Part shown: piece after piece, positions 1 to 9,853 of the stretch | Numbering within the stretch: the first letter of the stretch is position 1 | How the letters are laid out: each line of letters opens with the position of its first letter | Assembly: GCF_000009705.1 (NCBI RefSeq) | Contig: NC_003272.1 | Location: forward strand, 3,630,001-3,662,000 | Source of the DNA: Nostoc sp. PCC 7120 = FACHB-418 | GTDB taxonomy: Bacteria > Cyanobacteriota > Cyanobacteriia > Cyanobacteriales > Nostocaceae | DNA: 32,000 nt | Direction of reading: 5' to 3' | Notes under the pieces: model-generated | Database searches by the model: none | Seen by the model: the letters and a program-made list of their open reading frames with translations, nothing else | Told to the model about the DNA's origin: nothing | Program-made: the position numbers and the translations under genes

Positions 1-36
1 CTGATGAGTTCGCCCAGTATTTTTTAGGTTAATGAG

Positions 37-960
37 ATGACTGTTGCAAAAAAGCACTGGTTTCAAATAGCTTTTCAACTTAGAGGCTCAGTTATTGGCG
101 CAATTTACAAACGCGTTATTTGCTGTGCTTTATTTGGGGTATTAGTTACTTTACTTTATCAACTAAAAATTCCAGTATCTCAACCAATTTTAGGTAGCGT
201 TATTCCTAGTATTGTTCTAGGTTTATTACTCGTTTTTCGGACAAATACTGCTTATGATCGTTTTTGGGAAGGGAGGAAAGCCTGGGGTTCTATAGTCAAC
301 AATACCCGTAATCTAGCTAGACAAATTTGGGTATCAGTGGAGGAAGTATCACTAAAGGATAGAGAAGCTAAAATATCAGTTTTAAATTTACTAGTAGCTT
401 TTGCTGTAGCTACTAAATTGCATTTGCGTGGAGAACCGATAAATAGTGAACTAGAAGATTTGATATCAACTTCTCGATATTTCAAACTTAAGAGCATGAA
501 TAATCCGCCTTTAGAAGTAGCGTTCTGGATTGGAGATTATTTACAACAGCAATATACTTGCAAGTGCTTAAATAGTTATCAATTAACATCTATACAAGAA
601 TTATTAAACAATTTAGTTGATAATTTAGGTTCTTGTGAACGGATTCTCAGAACACCTATGCCTTTAGCTTATTCTATACATCTCAAGCAATTATTATTAT
701 TATATTGTTTTCTCCTGCCTTTTCAAATGGTGGAGAGTTTGGGTTGGTGGACGGGTTTAGTTGTGGGGTTAGTGAGTTTTACATTATTTGGTATTGAAGC
801 GATTGGCTTAGAGATTGAAAATCCTTTTGGCTATGATCCTAACGATTTACCATTAGATGCTATCTGTAACACTATGAAGCGAAATATTGACGATTTAACT
901 AGTTTATCTCCCAATGTGCGTTCTCATGATCTGGGTGAAACTTCAAATGTGACAATATAA
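37..960 (+). CDS. Bestrophin-family (UPF0187/YneE-like) anion channel
   Basis: 307-aa ORF with ATG at 37. Hydrophobic N-terminal helices are followed by the family-typical TNTAYDRFWEGRKAWG motif and an ENPFG segment near the C-terminus. Confidence 0.8.
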   Translation: MTVAKKHWFQIAFQLRGSVIGAIYKRVICCALFGVLVTLLYQLKIPVSQPILGSVIPSIVLGLLLVFRTNTAYDRFWEGRKAWGSIVNNTRNLARQIWVSVEEVSLKDREAKISVLNLLVAFAVATKLHLRGEPINSELEDLISTSRYFKLKSMNNPPLEVAFWIGDYLQQQYTCKCLNSYQLTSIQELLNNLVDNLGSCERILRTPMPLAYSIHLKQLLLLYCFLLPFQMVESLGWWTGLVVGLVSFTLFGIEAIGLEIENPFGYDPNDLPLDAICNTMKRNIDDLTSLSPNVRSHDLGETSNVTI

Positions 961-981
961 GAAATTGGCAAAGCAAAACTT

Positions 982-1548
982 ATGCAAACAGCCAGTAAGC
1001 CTTTGAGCCTAGCTGAATTTTTAATACTGCCAGAGACAAAACCCGCTAATGAGTTTATTGATGGTTATATATACCAAAAACCCATGCCCCAAGGAAAGCA
1101 TAGTACTCTACAGATTCGACTTGCAGATGGTATCAATGAGGTAGGCTTTCCCAGTAAAACCGCTTACGCTTTTCCAGAATTGAGGTGTACGTTTTCTGGA
1201 CGTTCAATTGTTCCCGATATTGCTGTATTTCGTTGGGAGAAAATCCCCTTTGATGCAGATGGCGAGGTAGCTAATGCTTTTGAAATTCCTCCCGATTGGA
1301 CAATTGAAATTCTCTCACCGGAGCAATCGCAAACACGAGTCACAGACAATATACTTTTTTGCTTACGCCATCAAACTAGTTTAGGATGGTTGATTGATCC
1401 AGCTGAGAAAGCGGTTATTTGCTTTTTACCCAATCAATTACCAGAAATCAAACGACAATTTGATGATATTTTACCTGTGCCAGATTTTCTGGATTTCAGA
1501 TTGACAGTTGGGCAATTATTTGCATGGCTGAAATTGGGATTCCAGTAA
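982..1548 (+). CDS. Uma2-family (DUF820) putative PD-(D/E)XK endonuclease
   Basis: 188-aa ORF. The N-terminal LSLAEFLILPETKPANEFIDGYIYQKPMP and the later PDIAV...EILSPEQS pattern are typical of the cyanobacterial Uma2 family. Confidence 0.75.
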   Translation: MQTASKPLSLAEFLILPETKPANEFIDGYIYQKPMPQGKHSTLQIRLADGINEVGFPSKTAYAFPELRCTFSGRSIVPDIAVFRWEKIPFDADGEVANAFEIPPDWTIEILSPEQSQTRVTDNILFCLRHQTSLGWLIDPAEKAVICFLPNQLPEIKRQFDDILPVPDFLDFRLTVGQLFAWLKLGFQ

Positions 1549-1554
1549 CTTTGT

Positions 1555-2403
1555 TCACAGCCGTCGGATACTTATTTCCAAGCCTTCACACACACTTGTG
1601 AGAAAATCTAAATCGAGAGTAGCGATCGCATCACTAGCTTGATGATAGTGAGGATTCCGCAAAAAGGCTGTATCTGTCACCATAATTGCTGGATAACCTG
1701 CATCCCAAAACGGTGCATGATCGCTTAATCTGGTTTGGGGAACAATCAAACCCCGCTTTGGGACTGGTAGCCACTGGCTTGATACCCCAGCTTTGCGGAT
1801 ATTGCGACTCATACCGATTAAGTCGGGGATAGTGCGTAAATTACCAATTAAAGCAATAAAATCACCTGTATTAGGGTAAAATTTTTCTAATGGTGCAGGA
1901 TATCTCTGCGAACCGGGTGTAGAGTCCCGATATCCCAACATTTCTAGTGACATCATCAATCGTAACGGCTGCTGTTGTTGACGTAATAAGCCTGCATAAT
2001 CAGTACTACCCAGCAAGCCATATTCTTCCATATCAAACGCCACCAATCGCAAAGGATATTTGGCTGGTGTAGTCGCAAACTTTCTCGCTAATTCTAATAA
2101 AACTACTACGCCTGTAGCATTATCATCAGCCCCTACCGTTCCAGGTACACCATCATAGTGTGCGCCAATTAAAATAGGTGGTAGCTCCTGTTTTTTCCCT
2201 GTAGATTGGGACGGCAAATTGAGGATGAGATTATTAAAAGATTTATTGCCTACTTGAAAGGTGTGGATTTCCACACTTCCCCACTGGGCAAATTCTTGGC
2301 GAATGTATTCTTGGACAAAGAAATGTCCAGCCGTCGCTAGATAAGGATCACGTTCTCGTGCTACGTGTGTTAGGTGATTGTGTAATCTTGCTTTTAAATT
2401 CAA
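1555..2403 (-). CDS. M28-family zinc aminopeptidase
   Basis: 282-aa ORF with metal-ligand context GAHYDGVPGTVGADDNATGVVVLLELAR, FDMEEYGLLGS and SDHAPFW. The longest ORF starts at a TTG (rc of 2401-2403), so the start is uncertain. Confidence 0.8.
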   Translation of the reverse strand: MNLKARLHNHLTHVARERDPYLATAGHFFVQEYIRQEFAQWGSVEIHTFQVGNKSFNNLILNLPSQSTGKKQELPPILIGAHYDGVPGTVGADDNATGVVVLLELARKFATTPAKYPLRLVAFDMEEYGLLGSTDYAGLLRQQQQPLRLMMSLEMLGYRDSTPGSQRYPAPLEKFYPNTGDFIALIGNLRTIPDLIGMSRNIRKAGVSSQWLPVPKRGLIVPQTRLSDHAPFWDAGYPAIMVTDTAFLRNPHYHQASDAIATLDLDFLTSVCEGLEISIRRL

Positions 2404-2432
2404 GTGTTTAGAACAGTTGTAATATCAATTTT

Positions 2433-2460
2433 GTCAGTGGTCAGTGGTCATTAGTCAGTG
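2433..2460. repeat. STRR-type heptamer tandem repeat (GTCAGTG x4, one variant)
   Basis: Direct reading: gtcagtg gtcagtg gtcatta gtcagtg, in the M28/dnaK intergenic region. Confidence 0.85.
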
Positions 2461-2516
2461 GCTTTCATATACTAAGTTCACACACTTTTGGGTTAGTGTA
2501 TTGAAGCTTATGCAAA

Positions 2517-2544
2517 AACAACTAACAATTAACAACTGACAACT
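2517..2544. repeat. STRR-type heptamer tandem repeat (AACAACT-like x4)
   Basis: Direct reading: aacaact aacaatt aacaact gacaact. Confidence 0.85.
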
Positions 2545-2822
2545 GCCACACATAGCAATTAAGGTAAGGGTGGATTTCCCAACTTGAAGATGTAATGAAG
2601 TTCACAGATGAGGCTACAACATTTACAACGGCTAGAACATACTAAGCATCGTCAATGTTATCCTAGTCTTGCAACTAAATCCTCAAGCTATAATTCTTCC
2701 ATTTTTTGCCTTAATGATGACTGTTATAACATTGAGGCAAGTTTACCCTGTAGCACAAAGCTAGAGGTAGTTCTGCCCAATCATAATATATATAGTAAGA
2801 CACAGTAGGAGAAGAGTAAGGC

Positions 2823-4889
2823 ATGGGCAAGGTAGTCGGCATCGACTTGGGTACAACCAACTCAGTAGTCGCCGTGATGGAGGGTGGCAAGCCGGTGGTG
2901 ATTGCCAATGCAGAAGGAATGCGAACAACCCCCTCGGTCGTTGGCTTCAGCAAAGATGGTGAAAGGGTTGTTGGGCAAATGGCACGGCGACAAACAGTCC
3001 TCAATCCTCAAAATACATTTTTTGCCGTAAAACGCTATATCGGGCGCAGGTATAACGAACTTAGCCCAGAATCGAAGCGTGTACCTTATACAATTCGCAA
3101 AGATGAAGTTGGCAATATTAAAGTTGCCTGTCCTCGTCTCAATAAGGAATTTTCCGCCGAAGAGATTTCGGCAATGGTGCTGAAAAAGTTGGCAGATGAT
3201 GCCAGTGCTTATTTAGGGTCAGCAGTTACAGGGGCAGTAATTACAGTACCAGCTTATTTCAATGATTCCCAAAGACAAGCCACCCGCGATGCTGGCAGAA
3301 TTGCCGGTTTAGAAGTGTTGCGGATTCTCAACGAACCGACAGCAGCGTCTTTAGCTTATGGGTTAGACCGGGGTGATACGGAAACCATCTTAGTTTTTGA
3401 CTTGGGTGGCGGGACATTTGATGTATCGATTTTGGAAGTCGGGGATGGAGTATTTGAAGTCAAAGCCACCAGTGGCGATACCCAACTAGGTGGGAATGAC
3501 TTTGATAAGAAAATTGTCGATTGGTTGGCAGAGCAATTTTTAGAGACAGAAGGTGTAGACTTAAGACGCGATCGCCAAGCTTTGCAACGTTTGATGGAAG
3601 CGGCGGAAAAAGCTAAAATCGAACTCTCGGCTGTCAGCATCACTGATATTAACTTACCCTTCATCACTGCTACAGAAGACGGCCCCAAACACTTAGAAAC
3701 CAGGCTGACGCGTTCCCAGTTTGAAGGTTTATGTGTTGACTTATTAGGACGCGTCCGTAACCCCGTGAAACGGGCGCTAAAAGATGCCGGACTCAGACCT
3801 GATGATATTGAAGAAGTCGTACTAGTTGGCGGTTCCACAAGAATGCCAATGGTAAAACAACTGGTGCGGGACTTAATTGGCATTGAACCCAGCGAAAATG
3901 TCAACCCTGATGAAGTGGTGGCGATGGGTGCAGCCATTCAAGCGGGGATTCTGGCAGGAGAGTTCAAAGATGTGCTGCTGCTAGATGTTACACCCTTATC
4001 TTTGGGATTGGAAGCGATCGGTGGCGTGATGAAAAAACTCATCCCCCGCAATACCACCATCCCTGTCCGCCGTTCTGATATTTTCTCCACTTCCGAAAAT
4101 AACCAAAACTCCGTGGAAATTCACGTAGTCCAAGGTGAACGGGAAATGGCAGGTGATAACAAATCTCTAGGACGTTTCAAACTTTACGGCATTCCCCCTG
4201 CACCACGAGGTATTCCCCAAATCCAAGTAGCATTTGATATCGATGCCAACGGGATTTTACAGGTAACAGCTTTAGACAGAACCACTGGCAGAGAACAGAG
4301 TATCACCATTCAAGGTGCTTCTACCCTAAGTGAATCAGAAGTTAACCGGATGATTCAGGAAGCCCAAAAATATGCTGACGTTGACCGGGAACGCAAAGAG
4401 AGGGTAGAAAAACGTACCCGTTCTGAAGCCTTAATCCTCCAAGGAGAACGCCAGCTAAGGGAAGTTGCTTTAGAATTTGGGATGCAGTTTGCTCGTAATC
4501 GCCGCCAACGCATTGATAATATTAGCCGGGAATTAAAGGAAAGTCTCAAAGAAAATGACGATCGCGGGATTGACCAAGCCTACGCCGATCTGCAAGATGC
4601 TCTATATGAGCTAAATCGAGAAGTTCGTCAGTATTATGCTGAAGACGAAGACGACGATTTATTTGCCACGATCAAAGACATCTTTGTGGGCGATAAAGAC
4701 AAGGAACGCGACCTTCCCAGAGATAGCTATCGAGAACGGGATGCTTACAATAACAGAGATTATGGCAGAGACTATGGCAGAGATTACGGACGAGACAGTC
4801 GTCCTTCCTATGACAACAGCCGCCCTCCTCGTAAATCACCCCGCCCCAGCTATCAGGATAATTGGGACGATGATGATGATTGGCTATAG
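2823..4889 (+). CDS. dnaK: Hsp70 chaperone DnaK paralog with extended repeat-containing C-terminal tail
   Basis: 688-aa ORF. Contains [19 protein letters not shown] and [10 protein letters not shown] Hsp70 signatures. AGGAG-like SD upstream of ATG 2823. Tail carries RDYG x3 and ends DDDDDWL. Confidence 0.95.
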   Translation: MGKVVGIDLGTTNSVVAVMEGGKPVVIANAEGMRTTPSVVGFSKDGERVVGQMARRQTVLNPQNTFFAVKRYIGRRYNELSPESKRVPYTIRKDEVGNIKVACPRLNKEFSAEEISAMVLKKLADDASAYLGSAVTGAVITVPAYFNDSQRQATRDAGRIAGLEVLRILNEPTAASLAYGLDRGDTETILVFDLGGGTFDVSILEVGDGVFEVKATSGDTQLGGNDFDKKIVDWLAEQFLETEGVDLRRDRQALQRLMEAAEKAKIELSAVSITDINLPFITATEDGPKHLETRLTRSQFEGLCVDLLGRVRNPVKRALKDAGLRPDDIEEVVLVGGSTRMPMVKQLVRDLIGIEPSENVNPDEVVAMGAAIQAGILAGEFKDVLLLDVTPLSLGLEAIGGVMKKLIPRNTTIPVRRSDIFSTSENNQNSVEIHVVQGEREMAGDNKSLGRFKLYGIPPAPRGIPQIQVAFDIDANGILQVTALDRTTGREQSITIQGASTLSESEVNRMIQEAQKYADVDRERKERVEKRTRSEALILQGERQLREVALEFGMQFARNRRQRIDNISRELKESLKENDDRGIDQAYADLQDALYELNREVRQYYAEDEDDDLFATIKDIFVGDKDKERDLPRDSYRERDAYNNRDYGRDYGRDYGRDSRPSYDNSRPPRKSPRPSYQDNWDDDDDWL

Positions 4890-5011
4890 ATGAGGAATAG
4901 GGAGGAATCAATTCAAAATAGCCTATGGTATCGCGTAGCATCTCCTAGAGAAGGCTACGCCAACAAAATTAAGGAATTGATTCCCATCTCCTCTTCTGCC
5001 TGAATGCGGAT

Positions 5012-5046
5012 TTGGTAATTGATAATTGGTAATTGGTAATTAGTAA
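5012..5046. repeat. STRR-type heptamer tandem repeat (TTGGTAA x5 with variants)
   Basis: ttggtaa ttgataa ttggtaa ttggtaa ttagtaa, between dnaK and the DnaJ-like gene. Confidence 0.85.
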
Positions 5047-5082
5047 CAATTATCTAGAAACTAAAATTTAAAAGTTAAATAA

Positions 5083-6084
5083 ATGAATATGCAGAATTTG
5101 CAGAATTTTCGTGATTATTACGAGATTTTGGGAGTAACGAAAGATGCTACTAATGAAGATATTAAAAAGAATTATCGACGGTTAGCAAGACAGTATCACC
5201 CTGATCTCAATCCGGGGAATAAAGACGCAGAAGAAAAATTTAAAATCATCGGCGAAGCTTATGAAATGCTTTCCGATGCGACTAAACGCGCACAATATGA
5301 CCAATTTAGCCGTTATTGGAAACAGAAAGGCTTTCCTAAACAAACTCCTAAATCCAAGGCTTGGGGAGATAGTCGTAATGGAGAACGCAACGGTAATGAA
5401 AATGTAGATCCCAGCCAGTTTACCAATTTTGAAGATTTTCTGAATCAAGTTATCGGTGTTGGCAGTCGTAGAGATAGCAAAAATGGTGCAAGTACCAACA
5501 CGACAACCGATCCGTTTCGTTCGCCAAAAAGCCGAGTTGAATATACAGTTCCCAAAAATCCCTCTCGTCCAGCCCGTCGGGATATTGAAGCAAGATTGAC
5601 CTTACCCTTTGAAAAAGCTTATTCTGGGGGTAATGAACGTATTCGTTTAGAGGATGGGCGATCGCTAGAAGTAACAATGCCCCCAGGGATGGTAACAGGT
5701 CAAACCATCCGCCTGCGTAATCAAGGCATAAGCGGCGGCGACCTCTACTTAAAAATTACCGTCGAACCTCACCCACTATTTAAACTAGAAGGTACTAATA
5801 TATTCTGCCAAGTACCAGTCACTCCCAGCGAAGCCGTCTTAGGAGGACAGGTAGAAGCACCAACCCTAGACGGCCCCGTAAAAATGACCATTCCCCCAGG
5901 AGTTAGGTCTGGTCAAAGATTCCGCCTGGCCAATAAAGGCTATCCCAGCGATAACGGTAAACGTGGTGATCAATTAGTAGAAATTCAAATACTTACCCCG
6001 AAAACGATCAGTCAAGAAGAAAAAGAACTTTACGAAAAACTCCGGCAAATTGAAACATTTAAACCCCGCGCTGATTTAATTTAA
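5083..6084 (+). CDS. DnaJ-family co-chaperone (J domain plus DnaJ C-terminal domains, no Cys-rich zinc finger; CbpA-like)
   Basis: 333 aa. J domain DYYEILGV...[16 protein letters not shown]-terminal beta-domains ([11 protein letters not shown]..., RLANKGYP). No CxxCxGxG repeats seen. Lies immediately downstream of dnaK. Confidence 0.9.
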   Translation: MNMQNLQNFRDYYEILGVTKDATNEDIKKNYRRLARQYHPDLNPGNKDAEEKFKIIGEAYEMLSDATKRAQYDQFSRYWKQKGFPKQTPKSKAWGDSRNGERNGNENVDPSQFTNFEDFLNQVIGVGSRRDSKNGASTNTTTDPFRSPKSRVEYTVPKNPSRPARRDIEARLTLPFEKAYSGGNERIRLEDGRSLEVTMPPGMVTGQTIRLRNQGISGGDLYLKITVEPHPLFKLEGTNIFCQVPVTPSEAVLGGQVEAPTLDGPVKMTIPPGVRSGQRFRLANKGYPSDNGKRGDQLVEIQILTPKTISQEEKELYEKLRQIETFKPRADLI

Positions 6085-6102
6085 TGTATGTGAGCAATAA
6101 CA

Positions 6103-6972
6103 CTACAGCATCTGCCGCAATTCTTCAATTGTTTTGGCAGCAACAATTTTGCGTAAGATTTCCTTTAAAGTGACTAAATCTTCAACTTGACTAATTTGTG
6201 GCAATAGTTCTAAACCGTTTTGGCCAAACTTTGCTTCTAAATTAGTTTCAATACCGGACATCAATCCCAGCAGTTGACCGCGCGCTTCACCGCGTGCTTC
6301 ACCGCGTGCTTCACCTTCTCGCAAAATTTCTTGATACCAAGGCGATTCACGTAAAACAGCCATATCCCACCTCATAATTTCTTGAACTAAAGCACTCTCT
6401 AACACAAACGTAGCAAAAAAAGCTAGGACTGTTTCTAACTGATTGAGTTGTTCGTCCGCACGCAGCATTTGCAACGCTTCTCGAATGATTAACTCATTCT
6501 CACCACCCTTAAGAAGGGGTACAAAGGGAAGTAGGGAAGGTAAAGGTTGTTGGAAAGCAATATTTACATCAACTTCCCAAAGATTAATGACTCGATAATC
6601 TTGTATCGCCCGTAATCCTGCAAGATTTGATGTAAAGCTTGTGGGTACTTCTTCGTTACTAGTTTTGAGAATATTGATTAAAACGGGATATGTAGGTAAA
6701 TTATACTTTTCTTCTGCCAGTGCCGCATAAGCCCTCATCCGTCTTGGCATTTGGGGTTGATAGCGTAACTGTAATTCGTTGAGGACTAAAAATTCACCGT
6801 ATTCAGGACTGGTGACACGAATTAAAACATCACTCTCTCGGCTAATCCATTGAAAATCAGAACTGAGAATTTCTCCAGCGACAACATCAGAAAGCTGTGT
6901 CACCCATCTTACCCAGTTGTTGGGTGCTAGGCTGATTAATTTTTTGGTGCTGATGTCTGCGGCTTTAGTCAT
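6103..6972 (-). CDS. Rpn-family / DUF4351-type putative recombination-promoting nuclease (PD-(D/E)XK transposase-like)
   Basis: The ORF track gives 6103-6996 from a TTG; the ATG at 6972 (MTKAAD...) is more plausible. Architecture typical of cyanobacterial Rpn/DUF4351 proteins, with SPWYQEILREGEARG followed by a C-terminal helical tail. EARG is repeated 3 times. Confidence 0.65.
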   Translation of the reverse strand: MTKAADISTKKLISLAPNNWVRWVTQLSDVVAGEILSSDFQWISRESDVLIRVTSPEYGEFLVLNELQLRYQPQMPRRMRAYAALAEEKYNLPTYPVLINILKTSNEEVPTSFTSNLAGLRAIQDYRVINLWEVDVNIAFQQPLPSLLPFVPLLKGGENELIIREALQMLRADEQLNQLETVLAFFATFVLESALVQEIMRWDMAVLRESPWYQEILREGEARGEARGEARGQLLGLMSGIETNLEAKFGQNGLELLPQISQVEDLVTLKEILRKIVAAKTIEELRQML

Positions 6973-7122
6973 TATGTGGTGAACGCACTCAAGCAATAAA
7001 ATTTATCGTAACTTAAAGAAGCTCCCTGCTTGAAGCTTTCACTATAAAGAGATTCAGACACGGAAGTTTGACATTTATTGCTAATGGTAGGTTTAGAATA
7101 TTAGAAAAAACTTGATTGCAAA

Positions 7123-7659
7123 GTGAATCAAACAGCCGTGAATCAGAACGGTGCAATGCCAAAAAGCAGTGAGCCTACATATTATTCTCTGCTAGGACTG
7201 CATCCCTCAGCATCGGTAATCGATATCCGCCGCGCTTATCGGGAACTGAGCAAGCGTTATCATCCTGATACTACAGAATTGCCTGCTGCTCTTGCTACTA
7301 GACAATTTCAGCAAATTAATGAAGCCTACGCCACGCTGAGTAACCCAGACAGGCGTTTAAATTACGACTTAAAAATCGGCTATTCTCGTTTTGGGGTCAT
7401 TCAAGCACCATCCGACTTGAATCGTCCCGCCTCTTATTCTTACGATTACTCAAAATCCGCTTACCTGGATGCAAGCGATCGCCCCCTCTCCCCTGGCGAA
7501 ATATTTGCTTTATTTATTTTGGGTTTAACGTTAGTCGGTTGTCTACTCCTGGCAATTACCATTGCCTTTCTTCGTGGTGATGCACTTTTTCCACCACCGA
7601 TACAACAATCGATTTCTTATCTGTCACAATTAACTGTTCTGGCTAATTTCAAATTTTGA
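7123..7659 (+). CDS. Membrane-anchored J-domain protein
   Basis: J domain YYSLLGLHPSASVIDIRRAYRELSKRYHPD, plus a C-terminal hydrophobic helix (IFALFILGLTLVGCLLLAITIAFL). GTG start at 7123; alternative ATG at 7156. Confidence 0.8.
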   Translation: MNQTAVNQNGAMPKSSEPTYYSLLGLHPSASVIDIRRAYRELSKRYHPDTTELPAALATRQFQQINEAYATLSNPDRRLNYDLKIGYSRFGVIQAPSDLNRPASYSYDYSKSAYLDASDRPLSPGEIFALFILGLTLVGCLLLAITIAFLRGDALFPPPIQQSISYLSQLTVLANFKF

Positions 7660-7665
7660 ATTATT

Positions 7666-7938
7666 ATGTCTCTTCCTCCTGCTAACACGCCCTTATATAG
7701 TCATCCTCTCCCCCAAATTGAACAATGGTTAAAGGAGCAAGGTTGTCAACAAGATGATACACAACTACACTGCTGGCGTTTACAGTGTCCCAGTTGGCAA
7801 GCTGAACTTTGGCTTGATGTTGAGCAAATTGTAGTGCGCTACGTCCAAGCTGGGGAAAACGGCCAAGATATTCAACGCGCGTTTAAATATTCCCTCAGCC
7901 GAGAAGATATTGAACAAGCCGTATTTTCTGGCCCGTAA
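7666..7938 (+). CDS. Small conserved cyanobacterial protein, probably DUF3143 family
   Basis: 90-aa ORF 6 nt after the J-protein stop, so operon-like. The family name is recalled from the LYSHPLP...EQWL pattern only. Confidence 0.5.
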   Translation: MSLPPANTPLYSHPLPQIEQWLKEQGCQQDDTQLHCWRLQCPSWQAELWLDVEQIVVRYVQAGENGQDIQRAFKYSLSREDIEQAVFSGP

Positions 7939-7994
7939 GAGAGAGATGGGGAAGCAGGGGGAGTAGAGGAAGCAGGGGAAGTGGAGGGATAAAT

Positions 7995-8043
7995 CCCCAG
8001 TCCCCAGTCCCCAATCGCCAGTCCCCAATTCCCAATCCCCAAT
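7995..8043. repeat. STRR1 heptamer tandem repeat (CCCCAGT/CCCCAAT, 7 units)
   Basis: ccccagt ccccagt ccccaat cgccagt ccccaat tcccaat ccccaat, abutting the uppS stop codon. Preceded by the purine-rich imperfect repeat gaagcagggg x2 (7947-7989). Confidence 0.9.
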
Positions 8044-8045
8044 CC

Positions 8046-8795
8046 CTAAACTTTCCCAAATCGCCGTTCTCTTTGCTGATATGCACATAAGGCGCGATGA
8101 AACTCTGTACGGTCAAAATCTGGCCAGAGAGTATCAGTAATATAGATTTCCCCATAAGCCATTTGCCATAGTAAGAAATTTGAGAGGCGCATTTCGCCAC
8201 TGGTACGGATTAATAAGTCTGGGTCGGAAATTCCGGCTGTGTATAAGTGGCGTTCAAATACTTCTTCGTTAATTTCATCTGGTTGTAGTAGACCTTGCTG
8301 AACTTTTTGGGCGATCGCCCGGCAAGCTTGTAAAATCTCCTGCCTTCCTCCATAATTGGTGGCGACAGAAAACCGAATACCGCGATTATTTTTAGTTTCT
8401 TCCATAGAGCGGGAAATTTCCGCTTGCAGCGATCGCGGCAAAGCTGTTAAATTTCCTACAAACTGAATCTGCACATTCTCTTCGACCATTTCCCGCAGTT
8501 CTTGACGTAAAACTCTTTGAAACAGAGTCATCAGAAACTCTACTTCTTCCTGTGGTCTTTTCCAGTTCTCTGTGGAAAAAGCATAAGCAGTCAGCGCCTG
8601 AATCCCCCAGTCTCTACAGCAACGTAGTAAATCCTTGAGGGCATCTACTCCTCGCTTATGACCCATAATTCGGGGTAGACCTTGACGTTTAGCCCATCGA
8701 CCATTGCCATCCATAATTACTGCAACGTGTTTGGGCAGTAGTTCTCGTTTTAAATCCAGGGGCAATTCTTGCAGTTCAGTTTGTTGTATTGTCAT
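8046..8795 (-). CDS. uppS: Isoprenyl transferase / undecaprenyl-diphosphate synthase
   Basis: 249 aa. Contains [32 protein letters not shown] and [18 protein letters not shown] signatures. The start overlaps the cdaA stop (ATGA on the minus strand, 8792-8795). Confidence 0.95.
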
Positions 8796-9757
8796 TTTTT
8801 ATCTTGAGAAGCGGTCTTATCCCTACGGGGAAGTAAACTACGCGTGGCACGTCGAAGACGTGGTAAACCGGGTAAACGTGAAACCAGTGCTAGTGTCTGA
8901 TCACCTATCTGACGACCCAAACTGAACAAGCCGGGAGCAACGGCTTCCCGATCTACTATCGGGGACAATCGAGCTTCTAATGACTCTTTCAGCTTCCTAA
9001 TTGTCAGGGGTCTATTTAGAGTTCCCCTTTCCGCTAAGGAAATAGAACCCGTCTCTTCTGATACAACGACACAGATACAGTTTTCGACCCGCTCAGTAAT
9101 CCCCATTGCTGCCCGATGGCGTGTTCCCAACTGGCGTGAGGCTGTGCGTCCCGAAAGCGGTAAAATTATACCCGAAGATACGATCCTTGAGCCACGAATT
9201 AATGTTGCTCCATCATGTAATAGGGTTTTTGGCTGAAAAATTGTCTGTATTAGTTCCTTGGAAACGTCCGCATTGAGTTTGACTCCAGGCACAGAAAAAT
9301 CTCGTTCGTCGATGGGGCCAGTGGTTTCCAAAATTAGCAAAGCTCCAATTCGGTTTTTCGAGAGTTCCTTTACCGCTTCCACGATTTCATCAATTACACT
9401 ATCAGACTTGGGAATGGTTAGATTGGCTGGTTGCAATAATTGTCGGAATTCACCACGCCCTAGTTGTTCTAAAAATCGCCGAAATTCTGACTGGAGAGCA
9501 ACAGCCATTGCTACAGCACAGCCAATCACTAATTTTTCCAGCACAAAATTTAGCAGTGGTAGACCAAATCTACCACTGAGCGCTGATGCCAGCATCAAAA
9601 CAATAAATCCTCGCACCATCCACAAAGTCCGGCGCTCACTAATGATCACTAGTATCATGTAGGTCAACACCAGCACCAATACAATATCCAGAGTCCCAAG
9701 CAGCAAGGACTGTGACCATCCCAGGTTTGCCAGCCATTGCTTCCCTAAATCTCTCAT
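8792..9757 (-). CDS. cdaA: Diadenylate cyclase CdaA (c-di-AMP synthase, membrane-anchored DAC domain)
   Basis: 321 aa. N-terminal TM helices, then the DAC-domain motifs [15 protein letters not shown] and [12 protein letters not shown]. Confidence 0.9.
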
Positions 9758-9805
9758 GACATCTGGATTCTAATAGTCATTTGTTAGTTGTCAGTTGTCA
9801 GATGC

Positions 9806-9838
9806 CAGTAGTCAGTCTTTTTTAGCTACTGACTACTG
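9806..9838 (-). promoter_or_regulatory. Intercistronic stem-loop formed by inverted STRR blocks between lysA and cdaA
   Basis: cagtagtcag (9806-9815) is the exact reverse complement of ctgactactg (9829-9838), giving a 13-nt U-rich loop. The flanking heptamers tgtcagt and ctactga extend the repeat blocks to 9775-9858. Confidence 0.55.
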
Positions 9839-9853
9839 ACTATTGATCACTGA

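Noticed and set aside
2404-2822. Looked for a CIRCE element (TTAGCACTC-N9-GAGTGCTAA) or other heat-shock operator upstream of dnaK
   Set aside because: No match is visible. The 66-aa ORF at 2608-2808 in this leader has no SD and looks spurious.
3356-3937. 193-aa antisense ORF inside dnaK, and similar shadow ORFs (252-497, 1164-1349, 2711-3004, 4355-4549, 4636-4941, 5182-5677, 9258-9662, 10254-10547, 12870-14137, 15366-15575, 18736-18999, 22331-23163, 24117-24500, 24966-25253, 25694-26011, 27117-27378, 30150-30673)
   Set aside because: All lie within or antisense to ORFs with strong family signatures. They have low-complexity or atypical composition and no independent support.
7780-8200. ORFs 7780-8088 and 7895-8200 (minus) encoding GDWGLGTGDW-type peptides
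   Set aside because: They are translations of the STRR1 heptamer array, and they overlap the well-supported uppS and DUF3143-like genes. They are repeat artefacts.
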